This document shows, in pieces, positions 9,495-19,200 of a stretch of 32,619 bases of DNA. The position numbers and the translations under genes were made by a program. Within the stretch, counting starts at the first letter, position 1. Each line of letters begins with the position of its first letter. This DNA comes from a bacterium (GTDB lineage Bacteria; Electryoneota; Electryoneia; Electryoneales; Electryoneaceae). The notes beneath the pieces were generated by a model. The model did no database searches, was not told where the DNA came from, and saw only the letters and a list, made by a program, of their open reading frames with translations. The stretch spans positions 1-32,619 of the forward strand of contig JAZDLX010000003.1 in NCBI GenBank assembly GCA_043801585.1. The letters are read 5' to 3'.

Positions 9495-10844
9495 ATGAAA
9501 AGAATTCTCGTTCTTGGCGCCGGGAAAAGTTCTCCCACTCTGATCTCGTACCTGCTTGAGCATTCCGAGAAACATGACTGGAACGTCACGGTTGCCGATC
9601 TCGATCGTGAACTCGCCCAGCAGCGGGTCGGGGGACATCCCCGCGGGAAGGCAATCGCGTTCAATGCCGGCGATGCCGACGTTCTCGACGAATTGATCAG
9701 GGACGCCGATATTGTCGTGAATTTTCTTCTCCCTCGTTTTCAAACGCTCGTCGCCAACGCCTGCGTGACGCACGGCACCCATTTTGTCAGTGCATCCTAC
9801 CGCAATCCGGAAATCCGAGAGATGGACGCCGCAGCAAGACGCAAAGGCGTTTTGCTGTTGAACGAAATGGGGCTCGATCCGGGTATCGACCTGATGTCCG
9901 CGATGGATATCATTCAACGTGTGCGGGATAAAGGAGGCATCATCCGGAGTTTTGCCAGCTATGGTTCAGGCATTCCCGCGCCGGAAAACCATTCCAACCC
10001 GCTACGCTATGTGATCACCTGGAATCCCTACAACGTGGTCATGGCGGGGAGCAGCGGGGCCCAGTATCTCGAGGACGGGCAGATCCGGGCTCTCCCCTAT
10101 CACCGCGTCTTCACCCAGACCTGGTCGGTGGACGTCGACGGCGTCGGGAAGCTGGAGGCCTACGCCAACCGCGACAGCATCGCCTATCTGGACTATTTCG
10201 GATTGGAACACGCCGAAACGATGATCCGGGGCACCCTGCGCTACCCCAACTGGGGCAAAACGTGGTCGAAAATCATCAATCTCGGCCTGACAAACGACAC
10301 CCTGACTATCCCGCAACTGGAACAACGCAGTCTGCGCGAAATTGTAGAGATGTTTCTGCCGCCACACCTGGCTGGATCCGATGTGCGCCAGCGTGTCGCC
10401 GAGTATCTGAACATCAAGCCCACCGGACGCGCGATGCAGCAGATGGAATACCTGGGCCTCTTCTCGGATGAGATCCTTGGAACGAAAGGCCAGACTGCTG
10501 CCGACGCCATGGTCCATGTGCTGCAGATGAAACTGCCATTGCGGAAAGAAGACCGCGACATGGTCATCCTCGTCCACAGGATAACCGTTGAATACCCGGA
10601 GGCCGAGTCGTGTCGGGAGGAAATCGTCTCCACATTCCTCTGCTACGGGGATCCCAACGGGCACACCGGGATGTCCAAAACCGTCGGCCTTCCAGCAGCC
10701 ATCGCCGTCAAACTGATCCTGACGGGGAAACTGGAAGCAACCGGGAGCCAGCTGCCGTTGCTGCCGGAGATTTACAAACCTGTTCTGGAAGAACTGGAAC
10801 AGCTCGGAATGCCGTTCAGGGAGAAGGTCACTCCGCTTGACTGA
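9495..10844 (+). CDS. Saccharopine dehydrogenase/reductase (Lys9-like)
   Basis: KRILVLGAG, NEMGLDPGIDLMSAM, TWNP, LEAYANRDS, RGTLRY and MSKTVGLP motifs. Confidence 0.92.
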   Translation: MKRILVLGAGKSSPTLISYLLEHSEKHDWNVTVADLDRELAQQRVGGHPRGKAIAFNAGDADVLDELIRDADIVVNFLLPRFQTLVANACVTHGTHFVSASYRNPEIREMDAAARRKGVLLLNEMGLDPGIDLMSAMDIIQRVRDKGGIIRSFASYGSGIPAPENHSNPLRYVITWNPYNVVMAGSSGAQYLEDGQIRALPYHRVFTQTWSVDVDGVGKLEAYANRDSIAYLDYFGLEHAETMIRGTLRYPNWGKTWSKIINLGLTNDTLTIPQLEQRSLREIVEMFLPPHLAGSDVRQRVAEYLNIKPTGRAMQQMEYLGLFSDEILGTKGQTAADAMVHVLQMKLPLRKEDRDMVILVHRITVEYPEAESCREEIVSTFLCYGDPNGHTGMSKTVGLPAAIAVKLILTGKLEATGSQLPLLPEIYKPVLEELEQLGMPFREKVTPLD

Positions 10845-11332
10845 GAAGGGAAACGCATAGCTTTCCGCCAGGGGGCACCGCTGCGCTCATGGCCTGACGG
10901 AACTATAGTATGAAGTGGTTTGTAATTCTTTCCAGTTCCCTGGTTCTTCACGTAGTTCTTCAGCGTACCCTCATCACCATGATGACCGACCGTTGATATA
11001 AAGTAACCTTTTGTCCAAAACTCGCCACCCCAAAGCCACAATTTGACCGAGGGAACACGCCTGAAAACCTCTCGCGCGGTGATACTCTTTAGGGTCCGCA
11101 TAAGCTTGGTCGGACTGTAGCTGGGCACCGAGTGAACCAAGAAATGCGCATGATTGCGATCCGTCCCGATCTCCAAAAATGTGATCTCATACCGCTTCGA
11201 TATCTCAAGACATACATCACGTATCGCTTCATCTACACGCTGATCAACCACCTCTTGTCGATATTTGGCTGTACAGACGATAGGATACAGCAATACCGAC
11301 ACATTATGATGTTTATGGATCACCTCGCTCAT
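10772..11332 (-). mobile_element. tnpA: IS200/IS605-family Y1 transposase TnpA, probably decaying
   Basis: HNVSVLLY.IVC.AKYR, HAH (HUH motif), LWGGEFWTKGYF and NYVKNQG (catalytic Tyr). The C-terminus reads through into the end of the opposite-strand gene. Confidence 0.9.
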
Positions 11333-11357
11333 GCAACACGGTATCTACTGCAACCAG

Positions 11358-11373
11358 CCGAAGCAAGCTTCGG
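11358..11373. repeat. IS200-type subterminal hairpin
   Basis: CCGAAGC AA GCTTCGG, about 25 bp upstream of the tnpA start. Confidence 0.65.
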
Positions 11374-11655
11374 GATATCTGACCGCAAGGAGTATGAAAT
11401 GGATGGGAAGCGGGGGAGCCTCCATGATCGAAATCCTCCGTGATCACACGGCGCTACTCCCCCCGGCGTCCCTGTTTGGCATGTGAAGGAGCGTACGGCA
11501 GCATTCCTGAAAACGGCAATTCTCATTTTCGCTTTTGAGGGGTCGGGAAGGATGAGCCTGCTTCACCGACCTAGACGATTTGGCCTGCTGAATCACCACA
11601 TCGTTGAACCGCCGGATCCCTGCAGTGACTCCGGGAATAATCAAACTCCTGATGA

Positions 11656-11684
11656 TTGCTTCAGGGATCGATATCGGTTACCTT
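11656..11684 (+). promoter_or_regulatory. Sigma70-type promoter for tRNA-Ser
   Basis: TTGCTT-17 bp-TACCTT, followed by a GC-rich discriminator, upstream of the tRNA. Confidence 0.55.
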
Positions 11685-11712
11685 TTGCGCCGTGCTTCAA
11701 GAGTAGATTTCA

Positions 11713-11800
11713 GGAGAGGTGGCCGAGCGGTTGAAGGCGCTCGCCTCGAAAGCGAGTTTACGGTGACACCGTAACGTGGGTTCGAATCCCACCCTCTCCG
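11713..11800 (+). tRNA. tRNA-Ser (anticodon CGA)
   Basis: Acceptor stem GGAGAGG/CCTCTCC, discriminator G, anticodon arm CTCGC-CTCGAAA-GCGAG, long variable arm TTACGG TGACA CCGTAA, T-loop GGTTCGAATCC. CCA is not encoded. Confidence 0.96.
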
Positions 11801-11810
11801 CAACATGAAC

Positions 11811-11840
11811 AAATCCCGTATTTTTTGACGGGATTTTTTT
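11811..11840 (+). terminator. Intrinsic terminator after the tRNA
   Basis: AAATCCCGT...ACGGGATTTTTTT. Confidence 0.75.
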
Positions 11841-12044
11841 CACAAACACGTTTCCGCTTTCAACAGATCCCTCATCACCCCACCTCGCCTGTTTATCCGA
11901 ATCTCTACGTGGAGCATACCCGTTGGTATTATTACAGATAAAGATAGCTCTCTGATGATCATGCCGAATCATCGAATAAACTTGTTGTACAAGAACACAG
12001 AGATGTAAAATACGGGAGAAAAAAAAAGGTAAGGAGGGTCGTCT

Positions 12045-13643
12045 ATGCGAAACCTTGTGAAGTGTTTCATACCATTCATTTTGCTTTTCCTGGTTGCAGG
12101 ATGCGACCAGCTTCTCAACCAGAACCCAAAGGATAATCCTCCAGACGCACCGCGACAATTGACCGTGCAATTGAATCAGAGCGGCGCGATTGAATTCGTT
12201 TGGGTCGATGGTTCTGATAACGAATCCGGTTTCCGCATCGAATATCAGACTCAGGGAAGCATTGTCTGGAACCAGCTTGTCGAACTCTCGCGAAACGTCA
12301 CGAGCTACGCCTGGAACGGTGCGCAGGAGAATACAACCTATTCTTTCCGGGTCTACGCATTCAACGATGTAGACAATTCTGATTTCTCCTATTCAAGTGC
12401 GATTGATATCCCGTTCAAGGCACCGACAAACCTCACGGCTACCGTTTCCGGCACGTCGATCGTTCTGAACTGGCAGGACAACTCACATGCTGAAGAATCT
12501 TACCGTGTTCAGCGAAGAATTGGAACGAACGATTTTATCGAAATCGCCAACCTTGGTGCCAATACGATCAACTATACGGATACGGAGTTTCCTTCGGGTG
12601 CCCAACTCGCTTACAGAGTCGTGGCTGGAGGAGGTGGAGAGTTCTCCGCGGCATCAAATGTTGCAACGTTGACTGCTCCAATCACGATTGCGGCGGCCAC
12701 GAATCTGACGGCGACCGTGAATGGCAATGTCATTCAATTGAGCTGGACGGACAACTCGACCAATGAGACAGGTTTCCGTATCGAGCGGAAAACGGCTGGT
12801 GGATCCTATTCGACGTTGGATGACGTAGGATCGAATGTAGCCACCTACACGGACGAGGATTTCCCGTTTGATACCAACCTTGTGTACCGAGTCTTTGCCG
12901 TTGACGGCGAAGAGGAATCGTCTCCATCGAACGAAGCGACTGTCCATTCTCCCCTGGAGATGATTACTATCTATGAAGATGATTTCGAGAGCTACACACT
13001 AAACCATTTCATCGGTGCACCCTGGGAATATGGAATAACCACAGATCAGGTCACGTTTGGAATTCTTAGTGTTAATCCCTCCCCGGTGGGGGGTGGTCAA
13101 AACCTCATTTTCTGGGATAACACCATAGAAGATTGGGGTTATGCTGACCTTCCATTTTCTGCATTCAGCAAAGGTCGGATTGAATTTGACATAAACGTGA
13201 TCTATGACGCGGACAATCCTTATCTCGATTTCGGGATTGGTCTTTCGATTGACCAGGTATGGCAGGACTTCAACGATTTCGGACCGTACTTGGAATTCAA
13301 TTCAGACGGGAAACTGTACGCTGCCGATGGTTCCGATTTCGTTTCGACATGGCAGTTCCCGACCAATGAATGGTACCATATGGTCATCGAATTCGACGTC
13401 GAAGCGGGAACCTATCGTGTGTTGGCAAACGGCAACGTTGCTTACGACAATCTCGACTTCTTCAATAACAAGTCTGGCAGCAATGTCGTAGGATTCTCGC
13501 TGATCTGTTACAGCAACACAATGTTGTGGGCTGCTCAGATCGACAATCTGAAAGTGATCAGCCGTGGTCAACCTTCGACAAGTTCCATTGCGAAGTCTAC
13601 CGGATCGAAACGAGGTCCGATAGTAAGCCCCCTCGCTCGTTAA
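12045..13643 (+). CDS. Lipoprotein with three fibronectin type III repeats and a C-terminal beta-sandwich domain
   Basis: Lipobox LVAGC; three W.D.S.NE..F/YR repeats with (P)TNLTAT linkers; AGGAGG RBS. Confidence 0.85.
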   Translation: MRNLVKCFIPFILLFLVAGCDQLLNQNPKDNPPDAPRQLTVQLNQSGAIEFVWVDGSDNESGFRIEYQTQGSIVWNQLVELSRNVTSYAWNGAQENTTYSFRVYAFNDVDNSDFSYSSAIDIPFKAPTNLTATVSGTSIVLNWQDNSHAEESYRVQRRIGTNDFIEIANLGANTINYTDTEFPSGAQLAYRVVAGGGGEFSAASNVATLTAPITIAAATNLTATVNGNVIQLSWTDNSTNETGFRIERKTAGGSYSTLDDVGSNVATYTDEDFPFDTNLVYRVFAVDGEEESSPSNEATVHSPLEMITIYEDDFESYTLNHFIGAPWEYGITTDQVTFGILSVNPSPVGGGQNLIFWDNTIEDWGYADLPFSAFSKGRIEFDINVIYDADNPYLDFGIGLSIDQVWQDFNDFGPYLEFNSDGKLYAADGSDFVSTWQFPTNEWYHMVIEFDVEAGTYRVLANGNVAYDNLDFFNNKSGSNVVGFSLICYSNTMLWAAQIDNLKVISRGQPSTSSIAKSTGSKRGPIVSPLAR

Positions 13644-13670
13644 TACCCTCTATCGGGAAATCGATTCCTT

Positions 13671-13696
13671 AGCCCCGCCTTCGGCGGGGCTTTTTT
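13671..13696 (+). terminator. Intrinsic terminator
   Basis: AGCCCCGCC TTC GGCGGGGC TTTTTT. Confidence 0.85.
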
Positions 13697-13796
13697 GTTG
13701 CAACCTGTCCATTTCCCCTTTCGAACGGCGGATAGTCCATGAAAAACGCCCGGGAGATCCAGGGGCGTTGATGTTGTCGCAGCAGAAAGCACAAAA

Positions 13797-14360
13797 TCAT
13801 TTGGCGGATTCACCACCTGTTTCACGGTTAAGTACCTTGATCTCATCGCGTAGTTTCGCCGCCACTTCGTACTCCTCTCTCTCAACGGCTTCTTTCAGTC
13901 GGCGGTTCAACTCCATCAAACGATCTTCCTGGGTCGGTGCCTTCGATTCCGCTTCGGCGACCTCACCCCGCATTCCGGCTTCGGTGAAGACTTCCTCGGC
14001 GACAAAAATGGGCGAATCCGTTTTCAACGCGAGGGCGATTGCATCGCTTGGTCGCGCATCTACGATTTTCTCGCCGTCAACAGTTTGCAGATGAACCATC
14101 GCGTAGAACGTATTCTCCTTCAGTTCGGTCACCTCGATGCGTGTAATCTTCGACTTGGAGGCTTCCAGAAGATTGTAGAAGAGGTCGTAGGTCAACGGGC
14201 GCACATACTTCAATCCCTGAAGCAGAAGGGAAATGGTGTGCGCTTCCGTGGCGCCAATGAAGATCGGCAGCCACTGTTCGCCGTCCTTCTCCTTAAGAAT
14301 GACGACATATCCCTGATAGGGAGGACTGATTGAAATGCCCGTGACTTCGACCGGTATCAT
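13797..14360 (-). CDS. Bifunctional nuclease (DUF151/BFN) family protein with C-terminal UVR (UvrB/C) motif
   Basis: LPIFIG..EA, RPLTYDL and DARPSDAIALA motifs; C-terminal AVEREEYEVAAKLRDEI. Start after AGGAG. Confidence 0.9.
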   Translation of the reverse strand: MIPVEVTGISISPPYQGYVVILKEKDGEQWLPIFIGATEAHTISLLLQGLKYVRPLTYDLFYNLLEASKSKITRIEVTELKENTFYAMVHLQTVDGEKIVDARPSDAIALALKTDSPIFVAEEVFTEAGMRGEVAEAESKAPTQEDRLMELNRRLKEAVEREEYEVAAKLRDEIKVLNRETGGESAK

Positions 14361-14422
14361 GCCTTTCTCCTGCATCCTGAACCTTCTTGCGGGTATCATA
14401 CCTCGGCACCACAAGTCTTGCC

Positions 14423-14451
14423 AATATACCGGACCTCCCGAATACTGTCAA
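14423..14451 (-). promoter_or_regulatory. Sigma70 promoter for the DUF151 gene
   Basis: Minus strand TTGACA-17 bp-TATATT. Confidence 0.75.
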
Positions 14452-14595
14452 GCAACGGCATCGGTTGTCCTGAGGTTCACGCTGTTTCTCTTCAAAGAGC
14501 GATCCCTGTAAAACGAAACGCTGTGGGATCACCACAGCGCTGAAGAACACAAACAAATCAAGCGCACAGCAATGCTCTGCTCGCCTGTATAGACC

Positions 14596-15306
14596 TCAAT
14601 ACCGGCGGAAGAGACTGACAACCTTTCCGAGAATTCGAAAATCAGAAAGGTCTTTCTCGATGATAATCGGTCCCATGAACTCGTTTGCTGGACGCAGGAC
14701 AATGCGATCTTTCTCAGGGTGGTAGTATTTCACCGTTGCCTCATCCCCGATCAACGCGACCACGATGTCACCGGGTTCGGCGTTGTCCTGCTTGCGGCAG
14801 AAGACAACGTCGCCATCGTGGATACCCGCTTCGATCATCGATTGTCCCTTCACGCGCAAGGCGAACGTCTCCCCTTTCGGTGCATAATCGGCATCGATCG
14901 CGATGTGTCCCTTGAGGTTGTTCTCAGCGAGCAGTGGCTGGCCGGCGGCGACAGCCTCGCCGTACAGCGGGATCTCGACGATGCGATTCGTCCGATTGAT
15001 TATTTCCGAAAGTTCGACCATGTGCGGTCCACGGGAAGGCGTTTCGTCCACTTCCCTGCCGATATAGCGCTCAAGGGCAATCTGTTTCCCCTCGGATGTC
15101 AGTTCAATTGCCCGGCTGCGATACCTGCGGCGCAGCAGATATCCCTTCTTCTCCAGCGCCTCGAGTATGCTGCGCACGCCGTTCGTGGACTGGATCCCCT
15201 CGGCCTCGCCGATCTCGCGGAATGTCGGAGGATATCCGCGCTCCATCAGACCTTCACCTATCCGTTTAAGTACGGACTGCTGCCGGGGCGTCAGTTTCTG
15301 TGCCAT
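14596..15306 (-). CDS. lexA: LexA repressor
   Basis: LTPRQ, GYPPTFREI, STNGV..LEALEKKGYL, AAG cleavage site, catalytic Ser (VKGQSM) and Lys (ATVK). Confidence 0.96.
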   Translation of the reverse strand: MAQKLTPRQQSVLKRIGEGLMERGYPPTFREIGEAEGIQSTNGVRSILEALEKKGYLLRRRYRSRAIELTSEGKQIALERYIGREVDETPSRGPHMVELSEIINRTNRIVEIPLYGEAVAAGQPLLAENNLKGHIAIDADYAPKGETFALRVKGQSMIEAGIHDGDVVFCRKQDNAEPGDIVVALIGDEATVKYYHPEKDRIVLRPANEFMGPIIIEKDLSDFRILGKVVSLFRRY

Positions 15307-15525
15307 GATCCTGTCTCCTGTCCGGGACACGGATGACTGTTTTCTCGGGCGAATGATCAGAAAACACCTTCATTTGACCCGAAATTTGCATTCCGGCACC
15401 CAAAGTCCCTTCGATGATGAAAATCCGGAAAAAGATCAATGTTTCAAAGAAATCCTCGCGCACGCGCATACACGCATGCAAAAACAGGAAATCCCGTTCA
15501 CAAAGAAGCCAATTCCGGACAATGA

Positions 15526-15562
15526 CTGAACAAAAGATAAGTGAACAGGAGCTCAGTGTCAA
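15526..15562 (-). promoter_or_regulatory. Sigma70 promoter of lexA overlapped by two candidate LexA operators
   Basis: Minus strand TTGACA (15562-15557)-17 bp-TATCTT (15539-15534). Plus strand CTGAACAAAAGATAAG and GTGAACAGGAGCTCAG cover the -10 element and the spacer. Confidence 0.65.
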
Positions 15563-15803
15563 CGGTTTCTTGAGGTTTTGGAAAGAAGCACGGAGAGCTC
15601 GTCAGGTTGCTGATTTGAATTGACTTGAACAGAACCTCTTGGCGTGGATTAAAATAGCACCCGTGCCAATCCGTCGGGAAAGAAGTCCAAAGCGGCTTGG
15701 TGACGGCTGGCGTAATCCGAATTTCCACCTTATGATGGATTGCGCCTCATTTGAAGTAAAACCTGCTCAGGAGAATCACAAGCCTGGTAGGAAAAAGTAA
15801 CGC

Positions 15804-16259
15804 TCAGGAGCGATCCGCCGCCGCCCGTTCAAGCATTAGCGTCACCGGGCCGTCGTTGACCAGAGAAATCTGCATCATCGCCCCGAATGACCCCTCTTTG
15901 ACGTTCAGTCCCTCCAAACGGAGGAAATCACAGAAACGGGACATCATCGGTTCGGCGTGATCAGGTCGGACAGCATCGACAAAAGCGGGACGACGCCCTT
16001 TACGGACGTCACCGTACAGCGTGAACTGGCTGACCACCAGCACTTCGCCAGCGACATCCTGAAGGCCGAGGTTCATCTTTCCATCTGAATCCTCAAAAAC
16101 CCGCAACCCGGCTGTTTTCTTCGCCAGCCATGCAGCCTCCTCTTCCCTGTCATCGTGGGTGATCCCCACGAGCAGAAGAAATCCTCGGCCGATGCGCGAG
16201 ATCTCCCTCCCGTCCACGTACACCGCCGCCTCCGAAACCCGTTGAAGCAGGACACGCAT
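15804..16259 (-). CDS. dtd: D-aminoacyl-tRNA deacylase
   Basis: MRVLLQRV, SQFTL and NDGPVT motifs. Confidence 0.97.
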   Translation of the reverse strand: MRVLLQRVSEAAVYVDGREISRIGRGFLLLVGITHDDREEEAAWLAKKTAGLRVFEDSDGKMNLGLQDVAGEVLVVSQFTLYGDVRKGRRPAFVDAVRPDHAEPMMSRFCDFLRLEGLNVKEGSFGAMMQISLVNDGPVTLMLERAAADRS

Positions 16260-16261
16260 GG

Positions 16262-19200
16262 TCAGACCACACTTTCCAGCCGCACCGACCCTTCGCCGAG
16301 TCGCTTTTCTACAGTATCGAGAATTTCACGTTTCGGGTTGATCCGATAGCGACCGCTGGAGAATGTCCAGAGTTCGCCATCATCGCTCCGGAAAAGCACG
16401 CGAACGTTCGCCACCCCGGGATTTCGCCGCAGGTCATTTTCCAGGGCAAGCAGCTCCTGTCCCGCAATCGCTTCATCGACAATGAATTGCACTGCACGTG
16501 TCAGCCGTTGAGCAGCAAAATCAAGCCGTTCAACCTCCTCGACGATCAACTCCACATCTTCCTCTCGCCGCTGGACACGCGCGCTGATCAGCACCGGGTG
16601 TTGGCCGATTTCCCGAAGCACCTCTCGAAGCCTTTCATAGACCGTGGGAAAAATGACGATCCCGACCGTGCCTGTAAGATCCTCGAACTTGCCGCGCATC
16701 ATCGGGTCGCCCTTGCGGGTCGTTCGGCGTTCCAGGCTGGCGAAAAGCCCCGCCATGCGTACGTTGGTATTGTCTCCGGCGCCTGGCAGATCAGCGACAG
16801 TTATATTCGAGAACGAGGTGATTTCCCGATGGAATCGCATCAGGGGGTGGCCGGAAAAATAGAATCCCAACAGCTCGCGCTCCCATGCCAGCAGTTCATG
16901 CGCAGAGACCTCAGCGACAACAGGCATCTCCGGCCTGGGCAGATCCATTCCCCCACTCTCTTCCCCGAAGATGGAAACCTGGCCGTTCGCGCGTTCACGG
17001 GCGAGTTGCTGGCCGTAGTTGATCGCTGCTTCCAGTGCTTCCAACTGCTGATTCCGGTGCCCGGGGAGAGAATCAGTAGCGCCTGCACGAACCAGGCACT
17101 CGAGCACCTTCTTGTTCACCATCTGCCCGTTGATCCGCCCGGCGAGATCGAAGATGCTGCTGAAAGGTCCGCCTGTTTCACGTTCACCAAGAATATTCTG
17201 GATGGCAGCGCTCCCCACTCCTTTGATCGCGGCGAGGCCGAAGGTGACTTTGCCACCGTCGATCACAGCGAACTCCTCTTCACTCGTGTTGACATCCGGG
17301 GCGAGGACCTCGACGCCCATCCGTTTGCATTCCTCGAGGAATAGGACAAGCTCGTTCGTGTTGTCCTTGCGGACGGTCATCGACGCCGCCATGAATTCCG
17401 CGGGATGGTGGGTTTTCAGGTAGCCGGTCTGGTAGGCGAGTAACGCATATCCGGCGGAATGAGACTTGTTGAAACCGTAGCGTGCGAACTTTTCGATCAA
17501 ATCCCAGAGCTGTTTCGCGGAGTTCTTGTTGATGCCGTTTTTGGCGCATCCATTGATGAACTCCGGCATCATCCGGGCCATGACATCTTTCTTTTTCTTG
17601 CCCATCGCACGCCGCAGCTCATCGGCTCGTCCGAGACTCATTCCGGCCAGGCGGTTTGCGATCTGCATCACCTGCTCCTGATAAACGATGATCCCGTAGG
17701 TCTCGTCCAGGATCTCGCTCAACTTCGGATGGAGGTAGGTGATTTTCTGGCGGCCGTGCTTCCGGTCGATGTAATCGGGGATGTTCGCCATCGGCCCGGG
17801 ACGATACAGGGCGTTCATTGCGATCAGGTCCTCGAGTCGTTCCGGCTTCAACCGTCTGAGGTTGTCACGCATACCGCCCGATTCAAACTGGAAGATGCCG
17901 ATGGTGTCGCCACGGCTGAAAAATTCAAACGTTTCCGCATCGTTCATCGGCAGAGCGTCGAGATCGATGTCAATCCCACGCTTGCGCAGCAGGGTCAGAG
18001 ACTGCTCGAGGATGGTCAGCGTTTTCAGACCGAGGAAATCCATCTTCAGCAGACCCAGCTTCTCGACATTCGTCATGTCGAACTGAGTCACCATGTTGCC
18101 ATCCGAAGCGCGGTACATCGGCACAAGGTTGTCAATGGGCTCGGGGGTGATGACGACGCCTGCCGCGTGAACTCCCGCGTTGCGGATCGTACCCTCGAGG
18201 ACAAGAGCCTTGTCCATCAGCTCCTGATACTCCCGGCGGCTGTTCACAAGGTCGCGCAATTCCTTGACCTCTTCGAGCACCTTGGAAAGTGGCGGCACCT
18301 TCCCCTGCTGCGGATCGGGAATCAGTTTGCTGATCGCCTCGACCTCCGGCAACGGAATGCCCATGACCCGACCAACATCCTTGACCACCTGGCGCGAGAG
18401 CATCCGCCCGAAAGTGATGATCTGTCCAACGCAATCCTCGCCGTATTTCTTGCGAACATATTCGATCACCTCGCTTCGGCGGCTGTCGGAAAAATCCACG
18501 TCGATGTCAGGTAAGGATTCGCGTTCCGGATTGATGAACCGCTCAAAAAGGAGTCCGTACCGAATCGGGTCAATGTTCGTGATGCCCACCAGGTAGGACA
18601 CCAGAGATCCGGCCGCGGAACCTCGGCCCGGTCCCACCGGGATTTTCTCCCGTTTGGCGAAGGCAATGAAATCCTGGACGATGAGGAAATAGCTTGCGAG
18701 ACCCTTGAGTTTGATAATGTCAAGCTCGGTTTCGAGCCGCTTGCGAATTTCTTCGGTGACTTCCGGATACCGCCGCGGCAGGTCCCGGTAGGCAAGCTGT
18801 TTCAGGTATTCGAAATCATCGCTGACTTCCGCGTCTTCGGGCAGCTTGAATTCCGGGAAATGCTTGTTCCCGAAGTCCATCTCGAACTCGACCTTTTCGG
18901 CGACTTCCAGGGTGTTCGACAGCGCTTCCGGAACTTCGCTAAAAAGTGCCCGCATCTCCTCCTCGGTCTTCAGGTAGAATTCCTGCCCAGTAAACTTGAA
19001 ACGGTTCGGGTCGTTGCGATCGGACCGAGTCTGGACGCAGAGAAGGATGTCGTGCGGGTCAGCGTGTTCTTTTTTCAAATAGTGGGTGTCGTTCGTCGCA
19101 ACCATCTTCACGCCGATCTTCTTCGACAGACCGGTGAGAAATTTCATCACGTGAAGCTCTTCATCGATTCCGTGGTTCTGGAGTTCGATATAGAAATCCT

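Noticed and set aside
11697..12170. 157-aa minus-strand ORF
   Set aside because: It overlaps tRNA-Ser antisense (AERVGFEPT is the usual tRNA shadow translation) and the lipoprotein start.
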